A stretch of DNA of 64,000 nucleotides. Origin: Eubacteriales bacterium. GTDB taxonomy: Bacteria; Bacillota; Clostridia; Oscillospirales; CAG-272. Of this stretch, positions 18,543 to 30,700 are shown in pieces. Position numbers and translations under genes: made by a program. The stretch covers positions 8,493-72,492 of the forward strand of contig JBGVRO010000052.1 in assembly GCA_045128515.1 (NCBI GenBank), read 5' to 3'. Position 1 is the first letter of the stretch; every line of letters starts with the position of its first letter. The notes beneath the pieces were generated by a model. That model saw only the letters and a list, made by a program, of their open reading frames with translations, ran no database searches and had not been told where the DNA came from.

Positions 18543-19621
18543 TACCTCTTGGACTTGGGGTCCATTGCATCACGCAGACCGTCGCCTACGAAGTTGAAGG
18601 CAAGAACTGCTATTACGATAAGGATACCTGCGGGGATCCAAAGATTGGGATAATACTGCATGGTAACAGGGTCGGTAGAGGACGAGATCATTGTACCCCA
18701 AGCAGCATACGGAAGCGGAATACCGAGACCGAGATAGCTAAGAGTAGATTCGTACAGGATAATACCGCCGAGACCAAGTGTCATCGAAACGATAAGCTGG
18801 GGCATAATGTTAGGTACAAGGTGCTTGAAGATTCTTCTCCATGTGGGGATACCCATAACCTCACAGGCTACGATGTATTCCTGCTCACGAAGGTAAAGTA
18901 TCTGACCTCTTACCATACGGGCTGTACCACTCCAACCGAATACCATCATTATAAGCATCAGGTAGTAGATTCTCATAGAACTTTCAATATCCCATGAGTC
19001 GATAACCACGGATGCAATAAGAAGGATAGGAAGTGTGGGGATACAGTTAAGAATATCAACCAATCTCATTATAAGCTGGTCTACCTTGCCACCGAAGTAG
19101 CCTGAAATACCACCCATAATGACACCGATGATAGTTTCAAGGATAACGACTACGAAACCGAGTGTAAGAGAAATTCTTCCACCGTACATAAGACGGATAA
19201 ATACGTCCATTCCCTTCTCGTCTGTACCGAGAAGGTGATCAAAGGAAAGAGGAGCGTAGGAGTTGATACCAACGGTTTCCTCAACGTACTGAATAACCGA
19301 ATATTCATTTCCCTCAGCATCAGTAGTCTTGATATTTAGCTCTTTTATAGCTCTTTTAACCGTGGGAGTATGGTCGGTCTCAGTTTCAGCCCACTGATAG
19401 CCGAGCATATGCATCACGGGAGGTCCGATAAAGGCGAAGGCGAAGAGTGCAACAAGCATTATTACGCCGACAAGAGAGAGTCTGGAACGGAAAAATCTGC
19501 GCATTACGACTCTCGCAGGCGATAGCTCCTTGTAATGGATCTCCTCCTCCACAAGCTCTTCGTTATTGACCTCAAGCTCTGTGTTATTATTTATTTCCAT
19601 TGTTTTCTCCATATTGCTCAT
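18542..19621 (-). CDS. ABC transporter permease (OppC/DppC-type)
   Basis: 359 aa. HLLGTDEKGMDVFIRLMYGGRISL (OppC N-terminal signature region), multiple TM helices, and the typical ending FNFVGDGLRDAMDPKSK. 1-nt overlaps with both neighbours. Confidence 0.88.
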   Translation of the reverse strand: MSNMEKTMEINNNTELEVNNEELVEEEIHYKELSPARVVMRRFFRSRLSLVGVIMLVALFAFAFIGPPVMHMLGYQWAETETDHTPTVKRAIKELNIKTTDAEGNEYSVIQYVEETVGINSYAPLSFDHLLGTDEKGMDVFIRLMYGGRISLTLGFVVVILETIIGVIMGGISGYFGGKVDQLIMRLVDILNCIPTLPILLIASVVIDSWDIESSMRIYYLMLIMMVFGWSGTARMVRGQILYLREQEYIVACEVMGIPTWRRIFKHLVPNIMPQLIVSMTLGLGGIILYESTLSYLGLGIPLPYAAWGTMISSSTDPVTMQYYPNLWIPAGILIVIAVLAFNFVGDGLRDAMDPKSKR

Positions 19622-20943
19622 TACTTTGAAAGCTTAACTCTCGGGTCAACTACTGCGTACATAAGGTCGGACAGTAATGTACCGATAACCGTAAGCACGG
19701 CAAGGAACATATTGTATCCCATGATAAAGGGAACGTCACCCTGCTGAAGCGCCTTGTAAGCAAGACGTCCAATACCATCGATAGCGAATACCTCCTCGGT
19801 AATCATCGCACCGCCGAACAGCGAGGGGAGAATACCTGCAAGAAGGGTCATAAGAGGGATCATTGTATTACGGAACGCGTGTACGTAGATAACCTTCTTT
19901 TCAGAAAGGCCCTTGGAACGCGCGGTACGAATGTAGTCGGAGTTAAGAACCTCGAGCATATTTGTTCTCGTATATCTCATAAGTCCACCGATGGACAAAA
20001 CTACAAGAACCAGCATAGGCAGAACGAGGTGGTGGAGCATATCCAATACATATGCAATACCCTCACTGGAGCCGCCTGCGCTTACAAGACCGGAGGTCGG
20101 GAACCAACCAAGCCAGCTTGAGAACACCTTAATAAGAAGTGCCGCAAAGAAGAAGGAGGGCAACGAAATGCCTATCATAGTGATAACGGTTACCGAGTAA
20201 TCGACAACCGAATACTGACGGGTCGCGCTGACTATACCGAGAGGAATAGCTATTGCAAACTGGAATACGAGTGCTACGAGGGATATCAGGAAGGATATCC
20301 ACATATGCTCGGCAATAACCTGGTTAACGGGGAGCTGATAAAGGAAGGACTCACCGAAGTCACCCTTAAGCATATTGCCAAGCCAAGAGAAGTATCCGCC
20401 AAGCAGCGCTACGAATTTGTTCCAAACGGTGGCTACTTTATAATTTACAGTATACTCGTAGGACGAGCCGGTAGTAGTACGGACACTAATTTTACCTTCC
20501 TCCACAAAATACGCACCCGAGGCGATTCGGGTCTGGGTGTCGCCCGAAAGATCAAACAACGCCCAGCTCAAATCATCCTTTAATTCGAGTTTAAGTTTTT
20601 CGTCAGAGGAGTAATAGTTGCCTATATAGAATTTTGCGTAGGTGGATTTGCCATCCAAAACGTCATTATATGCTCTCTGCTTCACGTCTCTGCGAAGAAC
20701 CTCGCCGTCGTGCTCGCCGCCGTTAATAGTTACGTCGAGATAGGCATCAGGCATATAAAGACCGTAATTTTTCTTGAATTCATCAATCTTTTCAGTAGTT
20801 ATAGTTCCCTGCTGGATCTGTGCCGAGAATTTGCTTTCGAGATAATCGGTCGGCATAAGTCTTACAAGGAAATAAATTATAAGAGAAACTCCGAAAAGAA
20901 CGATTATAGAAAGACCGAGTCTTTTCAGTATATATTTCAACAT
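19621..20943 (-). CDS. ABC transporter permease (OppB/DppB-type) with an extracytoplasmic loop insertion of about 105 aa
   Basis: 440 aa. MLKYILKRLGLSIIVLFGVSLIIYFL start, GDFGESF motif, and the typical ending DLMYAVVDPRVKL. Extra segment DAYLDVTINGGEHDG…YEYTVNYKVAT lies between the LYMP and WNKFVALLGGYFSWLG blocks. Confidence 0.88.
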   Translation of the reverse strand: MLKYILKRLGLSIIVLFGVSLIIYFLVRLMPTDYLESKFSAQIQQGTITTEKIDEFKKNYGLYMPDAYLDVTINGGEHDGEVLRRDVKQRAYNDVLDGKSTYAKFYIGNYYSSDEKLKLELKDDLSWALFDLSGDTQTRIASGAYFVEEGKISVRTTTGSSYEYTVNYKVATVWNKFVALLGGYFSWLGNMLKGDFGESFLYQLPVNQVIAEHMWISFLISLVALVFQFAIAIPLGIVSATRQYSVVDYSVTVITMIGISLPSFFFAALLIKVFSSWLGWFPTSGLVSAGGSSEGIAYVLDMLHHLVLPMLVLVVLSIGGLMRYTRTNMLEVLNSDYIRTARSKGLSEKKVIYVHAFRNTMIPLMTLLAGILPSLFGGAMITEEVFAIDGIGRLAYKALQQGDVPFIMGYNMFLAVLTVIGTLLSDLMYAVVDPRVKLSK

Positions 20944-20972
20944 TTTAACTTTCCTCTTCCACTAATTAATGA

Positions 20973-23576
20973 TTACTTAGTCTCATTAAGTCCAACTTCC
21001 CAGATACGAGCCATAGGTCCGTTGTAAGGAGTAAGCTCGGAGGGAGGAGTAAGAGTGGATACGTCGATAATGTTGGTGTTATATGCGAAGAGGTCACTAC
21101 GCTGATATGTAGGAAGCTCAACTGCAAGCTCCATTACAAGATCAAGAGCGTCTGCATACAGCTCAGCTCTGCGGTCCTCATCAAGAGTCTCTCTCGCCTG
21201 ATCGATGATAGCGGAAAGCTGCTTAACGAGAGAAAGCTCGGTGCTGAACTTATTTGCATTAGAGGGAGAAAGGATCGCATCGTAGCCCCAGTTAGCTGTA
21301 GAGCCTGCAGTAGAATCCATGTGGTATACCTGATACATATCAGGGTCTACACCTGCGCCCCAAGCAGCTGCCCAAACGGTAAGGTCGCCGCTGTTAAGCT
21401 TCTTCAGTGCGTTGATGTCAGGATCTACATCGATGTCGAAGCCGATCTTGTTAAGGATCTCTGCCGCCTTCTTCAGTGCAGCGTATGCAGGGTGGTCGGT
21501 GGTATCACCTGCAATGGTGAAGGTGTACTTAAGAGTCTGACCGTTCTTTTCGTAAACGCCGTCAGCGTTAAGAATGTAGCCTGCTTCCTCAACAAGCTTC
21601 TTACTTGTCTCACCGGTTTCATCATACGCATAGTACTGACCAAGCTCATCAACTCCATCGGGATATGCCCAAGAAGCCTTGGTCATAGGACGGGTAATAG
21701 GCTTGGAATAACCGAAGTAGTAATCTACCGCATAGTCGGTGTTGATAGCGTGCATGATCGCACGTCTTACGTTAATATCAGGAATAAACTCAGCATTGAT
21801 ACCGATATAACCGTAACCGTTGGTCATAATATCTGTACTTGCAAATCCGTCCTCAGACTTTGCAGCGATAGAGTCAATGTTCTCCTGCTTACAAGCGGGC
21901 TCAACGAAATGAACCTCACCGGAGTAGAGGGACTCGAGCATAAGGTTAGTAGAAACTACCTTGTAGTTAATGTACTTGATCTTTACGTCGAACATAAAGT
22001 TCTCGTTACGTTCAAAATAAACGAGGTTAACGTCCCAGAAGGTACCTGCGGTAACCTTGGAGCCGTCACCGGTACGGGTAGTTGCCTTGTAAGGACCTGC
22101 GCCTACGGGAACACCGATCTTATCGGGATTCTTGATTACAGCATCCTGGAATTCAATGCTACCGAACTCAAGACCGAAGTGAGACTCATAGTCGAAGAGA
22201 GCAATCTGCTCTGCGTTGGAGTAATAGTACATAGGAGCAACGGTAAATGCGAAGTTCCAGATAGCCTTGGGGTCAACCTTATCAATAGTGATCTGGAGAA
22301 CCTCGTTACCGGAAACAACTGCGCCGTTAGCATCGAGAGTAGGAACACCGTACTCAACACCGTTTACTGTAACGGACTCGCTACGGTTAGCATACTTAAT
22401 ACCGGAGATGTTCTTGATTCTGTCTTCCTCATCAATGCTCTCGAAGTAAGCCTGCTTCTCAAGAGATGCGAAGTAATCAAGAAGCTTCTGAGCGGTAGCC
22501 CAACCAACAACGACGTCGATCATTTTGTTGGGAACGTAGCTGGTGAAGATAGCGTTGATAGCCTCATCCTCAGACCAGTTCTTGGACTTATCGCCAAGGG
22601 AGTAATCAAACACCTTGTTATCCTTGTCCCAGGTAATGAAGCCCTCGTTGTAAAGGAAAGCTTCGGTATCGGTGGTAAGGGTTACCTTATTGCCGTTCTT
22701 ATCAGTAAAGGAAATGTCCTGAGCGGTACCCTTGGAATAGGTGTAGTCACTCTTAAGCTCCTCGCGGAAATACTTAACAGCAAGATTGTAGTCATCAACT
22801 ACAGTGCCGTAAGCCTCTGCACCGTCATAACCGCTGTCCTTAAGCTGATTCATAACCTCGGTAAGCTCGAAGATCATTCCATCCTCGGTAAGGCTGGTAC
22901 CCTCGTTGTCGTCATATACGATCTCAAGGCACTCTACAAGGCGGAGAACTCTGTCGGATGCGAGAGCGGTAAACTGTGCATTAAAGCCTTCCTGTACGTT
23001 CTCGTTACGGCTCTGTGTGCGGTACTCCTCAAGACCCTGGATCTCGGTGGAGTAAATGGTAGAGCTACCGTAGTAAGCAGGATCGAGATAAACGTAAAGG
23101 TTGAAGAGAACGTCCTTCATAGTAAGAGCCGAGCCGTCGGAGAACTTAAGATCGTTCTTAAGAACGAAGTAGTAGGTAGTCTCCTTGGGAGTTCCGTCCT
23201 CATTGTTGGTGGTAACTGCCTGGTAGTCAAGAACTACGCAAGCCTCATCCTTACCGTATGCTACCTTACCGTCCTTATCGGAGGAAAGCATACCGATCTG
23301 AGTCATACCTACAACCGATCCGTCAGATGCGGATGAGGAGTAGAAGGGGTTGAATACGCCGTCAAGCTCTGCGGTGGAAAGTACAAGTCGTGTGGTCTCA
23401 TTATCAATAACTACTCCACCGCCATTGTTGTTACCGCCACCCACCAATACAGCGATGAGCGTAGCTACTGCGCCAAAGAAAAGTACAACCGCAAGAATGA
23501 TAGCAACAAGCTTCTTGGGAGACTCTTTGGCAAAAGCAACGATTTTGTTTTTGAGTTCAATAAAGAAATTCTTCAT
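20973..23576 (-). CDS. Large (867 aa) family-5 (OppA-like) ABC substrate-binding protein, N-terminal TM-anchored
   Basis: N-terminal anchor LVAIILAVVLFFGAVATLIAVLV with no lipobox Cys. Family-5 features include VLSTAELDGVFNPFY, LKFSDGSALTMKDVLFN and GVPVGAGPYK. It is about 300 aa longer than my memory of typical OppA. Confidence 0.85.
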   Translation of the reverse strand: MKNFFIELKNKIVAFAKESPKKLVAIILAVVLFFGAVATLIAVLVGGGNNNGGGVVIDNETTRLVLSTAELDGVFNPFYSSSASDGSVVGMTQIGMLSSDKDGKVAYGKDEACVVLDYQAVTTNNEDGTPKETTYYFVLKNDLKFSDGSALTMKDVLFNLYVYLDPAYYGSSTIYSTEIQGLEEYRTQSRNENVQEGFNAQFTALASDRVLRLVECLEIVYDDNEGTSLTEDGMIFELTEVMNQLKDSGYDGAEAYGTVVDDYNLAVKYFREELKSDYTYSKGTAQDISFTDKNGNKVTLTTDTEAFLYNEGFITWDKDNKVFDYSLGDKSKNWSEDEAINAIFTSYVPNKMIDVVVGWATAQKLLDYFASLEKQAYFESIDEEDRIKNISGIKYANRSESVTVNGVEYGVPTLDANGAVVSGNEVLQITIDKVDPKAIWNFAFTVAPMYYYSNAEQIALFDYESHFGLEFGSIEFQDAVIKNPDKIGVPVGAGPYKATTRTGDGSKVTAGTFWDVNLVYFERNENFMFDVKIKYINYKVVSTNLMLESLYSGEVHFVEPACKQENIDSIAAKSEDGFASTDIMTNGYGYIGINAEFIPDINVRRAIMHAINTDYAVDYYFGYSKPITRPMTKASWAYPDGVDELGQYYAYDETGETSKKLVEEAGYILNADGVYEKNGQTLKYTFTIAGDTTDHPAYAALKKAAEILNKIGFDIDVDPDINALKKLNSGDLTVWAAAWGAGVDPDMYQVYHMDSTAGSTANWGYDAILSPSNANKFSTELSLVKQLSAIIDQARETLDEDRRAELYADALDLVMELAVELPTYQRSDLFAYNTNIIDVSTLTPPSELTPYNGPMARIWEVGLNETK

Positions 23577-23608
23577 TTTCTGTTTTTGCCTCTCTATTTA
23601 TTTTATTA

Positions 23609-24715
23609 TTAATTAACATATATAGGAACGTTGATGCTGCTTTCGTTTACAGTAACTACTGTGTTGTCGGCAGTTGTTTCATAGTACATTTGAACCTCGG
23701 TTGCAAGAAGCTGGTTAGTAATGAGAGTACCCTCAATGCTAACTCCCGATACGGTAACGTTGCCCATCTTAACGGCAAGCGCAGCAACCTTCATTTTATT
23801 AACGCTGTCTGCAACGCCGGTAACGTCGTAGGTAACACCGCTAAAGGAAATGTCTCTGATTATAGTACCGTCTCCAAGGCTGTTGAAGATGGCGCAGGAT
23901 ACGATTGCAGTACCCTTCTTTTTAACTGTGAAATTGGAAATGGAGAAGCCGTTGCCATTGATCTCACCGCTGTAATCACCGAGTGAAAGAGTTTCGCCCG
24001 CGCAATCAATGTCTGCGGTAAGATGAACGTTCTCGCCTGCCGAGATAGCATTCTTCAGCTTGGAGAGAGTATCAACGAAGGTCCATTTGCCCTTCATATA
24101 ATCAACGTAAACGGGTACGTTAAGATCTGTGTCATTGCCGGGATGAGTATAAGCTGTATCCCATGCGATTTTACATTCAGGATCGGAATAGTAACCAAGA
24201 GCTGTGTAGCCGTTTCTATTCTTGGCAAAATTACGCCAGTCCTCAAACTTGTCACCGGAATTAACGTCATACTTACCGAGAGAAATCTGCTGTCCGTTTT
24301 CATCTATATAACAAACGGTATATGTAAGCTGAATCGCCTTTTTCCAGCCGGCGTAAAGTGTAAGCTGCTCCTGATCAATTACCTTATCAAAATCCCACTT
24401 GCTTGAGGGGCTGCAGCTCTCGTCGGTATACCAGCCAGTGAATACGTAGCCGTTACGGAAAAGCTTGTAGCCGTTAAGCTCACAGATGTCAAGCACGTAA
24501 GTGCCGGGGTAGTAAGCAAAATTGATCTTTGTGCTTACGCTTGATGTAGGAGTCTCGAGTGTGCCGCCCTGAAGCTCAAAGGTGGCAATATAGCGTCCCT
24601 CAAGACTTTGCTCTTCCCTGCCGCAGCCTGACAGTGTTACTGCCAGGACTGCGATAAGGAGAACAGATAATATTAAACAGATTCTTCTTCTGTTACTTCT
24701 GTTTCTTCTTTGCAT
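23609..24715 (-). CDS. Lipoprotein with two Listeria-Bacteroides (Flg_new) repeats and a beta-helix/GLUG-like C-terminal half
   Basis: Signal peptide plus lipobox LAVTLSGC. Repeats GYVFTGWYTDESCSPSSKWDF and GYTALGYYSDPECKIAWD. C-terminal part GEINGNGFSISNFTVKK…IIRDISFSGV. GAAGGGA SD about 10 nt upstream. Its start lies 43 nt inside the 3' end of the protease gene. Confidence 0.7.
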   Translation of the reverse strand: MQRRNRSNRRRICLILSVLLIAVLAVTLSGCGREEQSLEGRYIATFELQGGTLETPTSSVSTKINFAYYPGTYVLDICELNGYKLFRNGYVFTGWYTDESCSPSSKWDFDKVIDQEQLTLYAGWKKAIQLTYTVCYIDENGQQISLGKYDVNSGDKFEDWRNFAKNRNGYTALGYYSDPECKIAWDTAYTHPGNDTDLNVPVYVDYMKGKWTFVDTLSKLKNAISAGENVHLTADIDCAGETLSLGDYSGEINGNGFSISNFTVKKKGTAIVSCAIFNSLGDGTIIRDISFSGVTYDVTGVADSVNKMKVAALAVKMGNVTVSGVSIEGTLITNQLLATEVQMYYETTADNTVVTVNESSINVPIYVN

Positions 24716-27700
24716 ACTGAAGTTCCCTTCTTCTTAATAAGTATTACGGCAACCGTAGCACCGCCACCAAGAACAAGCACAGAACCTACAACGATAAGAA
24801 CGATCACCCATGTCTTAAGACCTTCCTTAGGCTGTTCGTTGTTATTATCGTTTTCACCGGGATTCTCAGGTGCTTCTTCCTCTGTACCAACATTATCCTT
24901 GTAGGAAAGGCTGAAGTCAACAACCTTGCCGTAGATAGCATTAAGCTCTGCTATCTTCTGATCAAGAACGGCTGCATTGGTGATAAGTGCCTTGTCGGAT
25001 GCGGAAAGTGCGTCGTAAGCCTTCTTTGCTTCCTTAACGTTATTGAAGCAATATTCAAGCTTATCCATATCGTAGAGATGAGCAATCTTGTCGGTTACAT
25101 AATCTACGTTGTACGCAGAGCGTGCGGTCTCGAAGGTTGCAAAGTATGCATCGTCTACAAACTCAACCTCCTCGGGATGAGCCATAAGAGCGTTGTATGC
25201 TGTAATTGCAGCATAAACAAGCGTCTTATCAAATCTGTCGATCTCCGCAGGAAGCTTGTCAACGGCATCCATAAATTCAACTGCGAACTTGCCTGCAGTG
25301 ATTCCGGAGTTTTCTTCAGAGGTTGTAAAGTAAGCATTGTAAATGAGAGTATCGTAGCCAGAGCAGTTTTCGGGAAGAACTGCTACAAGACCGTCGGTGG
25401 TCTTGCTACCGATAATACCCTTGAATGTGTTGTAGTAAAGGGGTGCAGAAACTATGCCGTTTGCTACGAAGTAATAATCATACTTGTAAAGAAGATCAAA
25501 GTCACTGTAATCTGCCATATTGTCGTAATTGATCTCAATTCCCTCACCTGTCATAGTGCCCTCAAGCACGGGTGCATAGTAGGATCTGAATACAACGGTA
25601 TTAAGCTTTTCACAGCCGTCAAACGCATAGTTACCTATGTATTTAAGAGTGGAAGGAAGAGTAACCTTTTCAAGGAACTTGTTACCGAGAGCTGCGCCGA
25701 ACTCAACTCTTACCGTTCCCTCAAGAACGGAGTACTCGGCATCTTCCTTAGCCATGGGATAAGTTGTAAGAACGTAACCGAATTTGCCCTTGGTGTAAAG
25801 TGCGCCGCCGTCGATAATAACGTTATCAAGCTCTGCGGTATAAACCTTTTCACCGTCGATTACGGTGTAGAAGCCCTTGAAGGACTCGCTGGACTCAAAG
25901 ATGTTAAGTCCGGCATCTCTGAGTGCGTTACCGATCTCAAACTCGGTAATTGCGGTGTAAGCAAACGCACCGTATCCAACGCTTTCAAGCACGGGAGCGT
26001 ATACAGACTCAAGCTTAAGACAGCCTGCGAACGCCTGATCGCCAACAGACTTGAGGTTGGGAGCGTTAACGGTAACGATGTAATTCTTGCCATCCTCTTC
26101 GATGAATGCGTAGCCGTCAATGTGCTCTGCCTTCTCAAGGTTAAGATCGGCAGGAAGATTTACGCCGTAGAATGCGCCCTCGCCGATAGTTACGAGATTG
26201 GAAAGATCGATCTCGGTAAGAGATGTACATCCGTAGAATGCATAGTCACCAACCTCCTCAAGAGTATCGGTAAGAGTTACCGACTTAAGAGCCTGACACA
26301 ATGCAAGTGCACCGTAGCCAAGGTTGGTAACCTTAGAAAGGTCGATGGACTCAAGGTAAATCATACCGTAGAATGCGCCCTCGCCTACGTATTCAAGAGA
26401 AGGAAGATTTACCGATTTTATATCGTTTGCTTTAACCGCCTCCTCGATGAGAGGACAGAATGCGCTGTTGCCTATGATCTTAAGGCTGGCCGCATCAAGT
26501 ACTGCAAGTGCATAACAATCGCTGAATGCGCTCTCCTCGATCTCGGTGATCTTAGGAGCAACGATCTCGGTAAGGGATGTACAACCGTAGAATGCGTACA
26601 TAGGAATAGTTCCGGTAAGATCCATGAAATCAAAGGATGTAAGTGATGTACATGTGTAGAATGCCCCCTCAGCAAGAGTTGCATCACCCGCAAGGCTTAC
26701 AGTCTTGACACTGGATTCTGCGAACGCATATTCACCGATCGATACGTTTTCTCCGAGAACAACGCTCGAAAGAGTGATACAATGGTAGAATGCGCCAATA
26801 CCGATCTCTGTTGCACCGGAAAGATCTACGTTCTTAAGTGCAGAATCGTAGAATGCATAGTGACCTACAGAGGTAACACCGGAAAGATCGATATTTCTGA
26901 GGTTTCCGGTACCGTAGAATGCGAAGTCAGCGATAACGATCTCGCCATCGGGAAGCTCTACGGTATTAAGCTTGGTACAATCGGCAAATGCATTTTCACC
27001 GATATATTTGAGAGCAGAACCGTCCTCAAAGATTACGGTAGCAAGCTTGGGAAGAGATGAGAATGCTCCGCTGCCAATCTCCTTAACACCCGCGATAACG
27101 GTATAGGTGTTAGAAGAAGCCGCAGCAGGAAGAACGAATACGATGGTATCCTTTTCCTTGTTGTAAACAGTTCCGTTTTCCTTTATATATATATTGGAAG
27201 AATTTACGTCAATGTCAAAGGTCTTGACGTCGCGGAAGAGTGCTACGCCGAGATATGTAAGCTCGGTGTCAGCAGAAAGCTTAAGAGTAGCAAGTCCGGA
27301 GCTTGCAAATGCATCGTCACGGATCTTGATTGCGCCATCGGGAAGCTGAAGCGATGTAAGCTTCTTACAGCCCTTGAATGCGCCTGCGCCGATCTCCTCG
27401 AGAGAAGACTTTATATCAACCGATTCAAGCACCTTACAACCTTCAAATGTGGAAATACCGAGGTAGGTAAGGTCATTTACGATCACAAGGCTCTTAAGAG
27501 CTTCACAGCCCTTGAACGCCTCGTCAGCGATGCTGTCACCGTATACGGTTACAGAGGTAAGCGCAGTGTTTTCAAACATCTTCTCGCCTACTCTTGTGCT
27601 CTCGCCAAGGTCAACAGACTCAAGCTTGGAGCAACCGGAGAATGCGCCGATGCCTATTCTTACAAGCTTTGTAAGAGGAAGACTGTAGAATCTGGTATTC

Positions 27701-30700
27701 TTAAATGCGTAGTTACCTACAGAATAAAGCTCAGCGGTCTTTGCGCCACCGATATCCTCACAGGAAAGGCTCTTACAGTCAGAGAACGCATAATCTGCAA
27801 CGACCTTTACGTTATCAAAGTTAACGTTCTTAAGAAGTACGGAATCTGCAAATGCATACTCTCCTATAGTCTTACATGTAGTAGGAAGCGTAACGTCTGT
27901 AAGCTTAGTACAGTTGAAGAAAGCATACTTGTTGATAGCCTCAACACCCTCGGGAATAACTACGGATGTTACGGTGTTGTTACCGATAGCAGATTTTTTC
28001 TCATCTATATCGTAATAACCGTTTTCGTCCTTCTCTACCTCCTTCTCGTTATCGAGATCGTAGTGAGAGAATGCAAAGTCACCGATGTACATAATACCCT
28101 CGTCATCAGGGATCACAACGTGACCGCCCTTACCCTTGTACGCAACGAGAGTTCTGTTCTCAATGATAAACTCGCTCTTTACGTTAACAGAAAGACGCGC
28201 TGCAAGGAGAGAGGTCTTACCGTCAATGGTGATCTTAAGAGTAATTCTTGCACTACCCTCGGACTCTGCGGTTACTACACCGTTTTCATCAACGGTAGCA
28301 ACCTTCGGGTTACTGGAGGTCCAGGAGAGTGTGTATCTGTCCTCGGAAATATTCCAAGGCTTGATCTGAGGATTAAGCTTTATCTGCTCCGAAGGATAGC
28401 AGGAAATGCTGTAATTGCCATCGAAGTAGTTAATAGAACCGGTAGAACCAATCTCGGAATAATCGATATCACTGTTAAATGCAAACAGTGTTTCGTACGA
28501 AAGGAAATCAAGGTCCTCAATAGATACGTTCTGTCCGGATTCGGGATTATCTGTGATTACCTGGTCGGTAACCTTAATGACAATTTGCTTGTACTGTGGA
28601 ACGTTGAGATAGCTGTCGTTGACGTTAGTCTTTTTCACCCAGCTATCACTGGTAACGCTTATCGTTGCACTACCCTCTTTAAGTGCCTCGATCTTACCCT
28701 GATGAATAGCTACAACAGACTCATCGGAGGAGATCCACTTAAGTGTGTTGAGGTAATCGGGAGATACAGCGTCGGTGGTGTCCTTGTATACAAAGAATGA
28801 TGTAAGATCGAAGGTCTCGTTGATGTCAAGCTCGATCTCATTCTCCATAAACTCAATATCACCGTCGGTGTTATCGAAGGGAATGTAGCAGATAGAAGCG
28901 TTCATCGCATAGTCGTCGATGTAGAGGGTCAAACCGCTGGACATCTTCGTAGTTGAGATAATATCGAGATAATCGGTGATCTCGAAGCTGACGAGAGTGC
29001 TCTCGCCACGATTTTCCTGATAGATAGGAATAGGATTCTCCGAAATGGAGGAGTATGTAAGAACCTCTTCCTGCTTGGTTTCATCGAAGGTATCATAAAC
29101 TCCGATAGGACGAACGGACATTGCGTAATGGTTATCGTAAACGGTAAGGTCTACGTAATATCTGTTCTTGTCAAGCGCCTTATCGTACTCGGTCCTGTAC
29201 TTATAATCAACAATGGTAGGAGCCTCGTAGTCGATATAGAAGGAGAAGGTGTATGTATCGGAAATATTATCTCCACCGTCCCAGTCAAGCTTTGCGCTCA
29301 TGGTAACCTCAAACTTGGTGTTATTGTTACCGATAACCTCACCTGTTTCATAATTTACGGTAGGAAGGTTAATGCTGCAAGCATAGGGGTAAGGCGAGCC
29401 GTTGAAATGCGCCTTATAGCAGTTATACTGAACATCCTCCCAGACAACATCACCTGTGGATGTGTCAACGATCTGAATGCTCATCTCCTTCGCTCCACGG
29501 AGAAGACCTGCGAACACACCGTAAATACCACTGATAGTGTCAGCATAATAGGATATAGCAGCTCTTTCCTGGGTTGCAGGAATAGCGGTATAACCGGGAG
29601 CCATGTTATATACATAGCTGCCGAGAGGAAGAACATAGTCGTAGTAGTAGCTGCCGAGAGGAGTGGTTGCATAGTAGTCAGCCTTGATCTTCTCGTCATC
29701 GTCAATAGCGTCGTTGTGAGCCTCGGTCTCAACCTCGTAATAATCAAGGTCGAAGAGGGGAGCCTCTGCCCAATCTCCGTAGAACGCAAGGAATGGAGCG
29801 TTAAGATCAATTCCCTTCTCCTCGGTGCTGTCGAAGGTAATATAACCCTCAACGTACATACCGTTTACGAAGGTAGAGTTAAGATAGCTCTTATCCTCGG
29901 CAGAGAGTGTGATGGTGACAGTAACCTTTGCGGTAGCACCTGCAGCAACAGTAACGATACCGTTTTCAAGAGTGCCGCCCTCAACAGAGTACTCGGAGGT
30001 GTTGGAAAGAATGTAAGCCATTTCTGCTACGTATTCGGGATCGGATACCGATACGCTCTCGGTCATAGTAATGTTGCCGAGCTTGTAGGAAAGAGCTCTG
30101 TCTGAAATATTATTGAGGTTAACGGTCATTTTATAGACACCCGAACGAGTGGGGTCGTCTTTAAGCTCAAGCTTAGTCTTATTAATGCCGTCAACAGAGA
30201 GATATGCGGGGGTTGTAGTGGACTTTGCAATATCTGCAATACCTGCGCCCTGCTTTCTGGGAGAATAGGGATTACCCTTTTTGTCAAGAGCGATAGTCGC
30301 GGTGGACATTGTGAGCTGGTTAACCAGATCTCTTACCTCAACAACCGAAAGCTCGGGGAAGGTTTCCTTAACGTACTGGCGGATAAGAACGGTAATACCG
30401 CACATATTGGGAGCCGCCATACTTGTACCACTAAGCTTATCGTATTCACCGCCTACAACGGCTGAAAGGATGTTACCGCCGTGAGCCGTGATCTCGGGCT
30501 TAAGAGAAAGGTCGGGATTAGGTCCCCAGGATGAGAAGTCGGACATAAAGGGACCTGCTACGTTTTTAAGGTCAAATTCAAGAGTGCCGGACTCCAGCGC
30601 TGCAAGAAGGTCACCCTCATCCTTACCAATGAATACGGCAGGAATCTTAGCATCGTTACCGATGGTCATTGTAAGATCACCGAAAACGTTGTTATAAACG

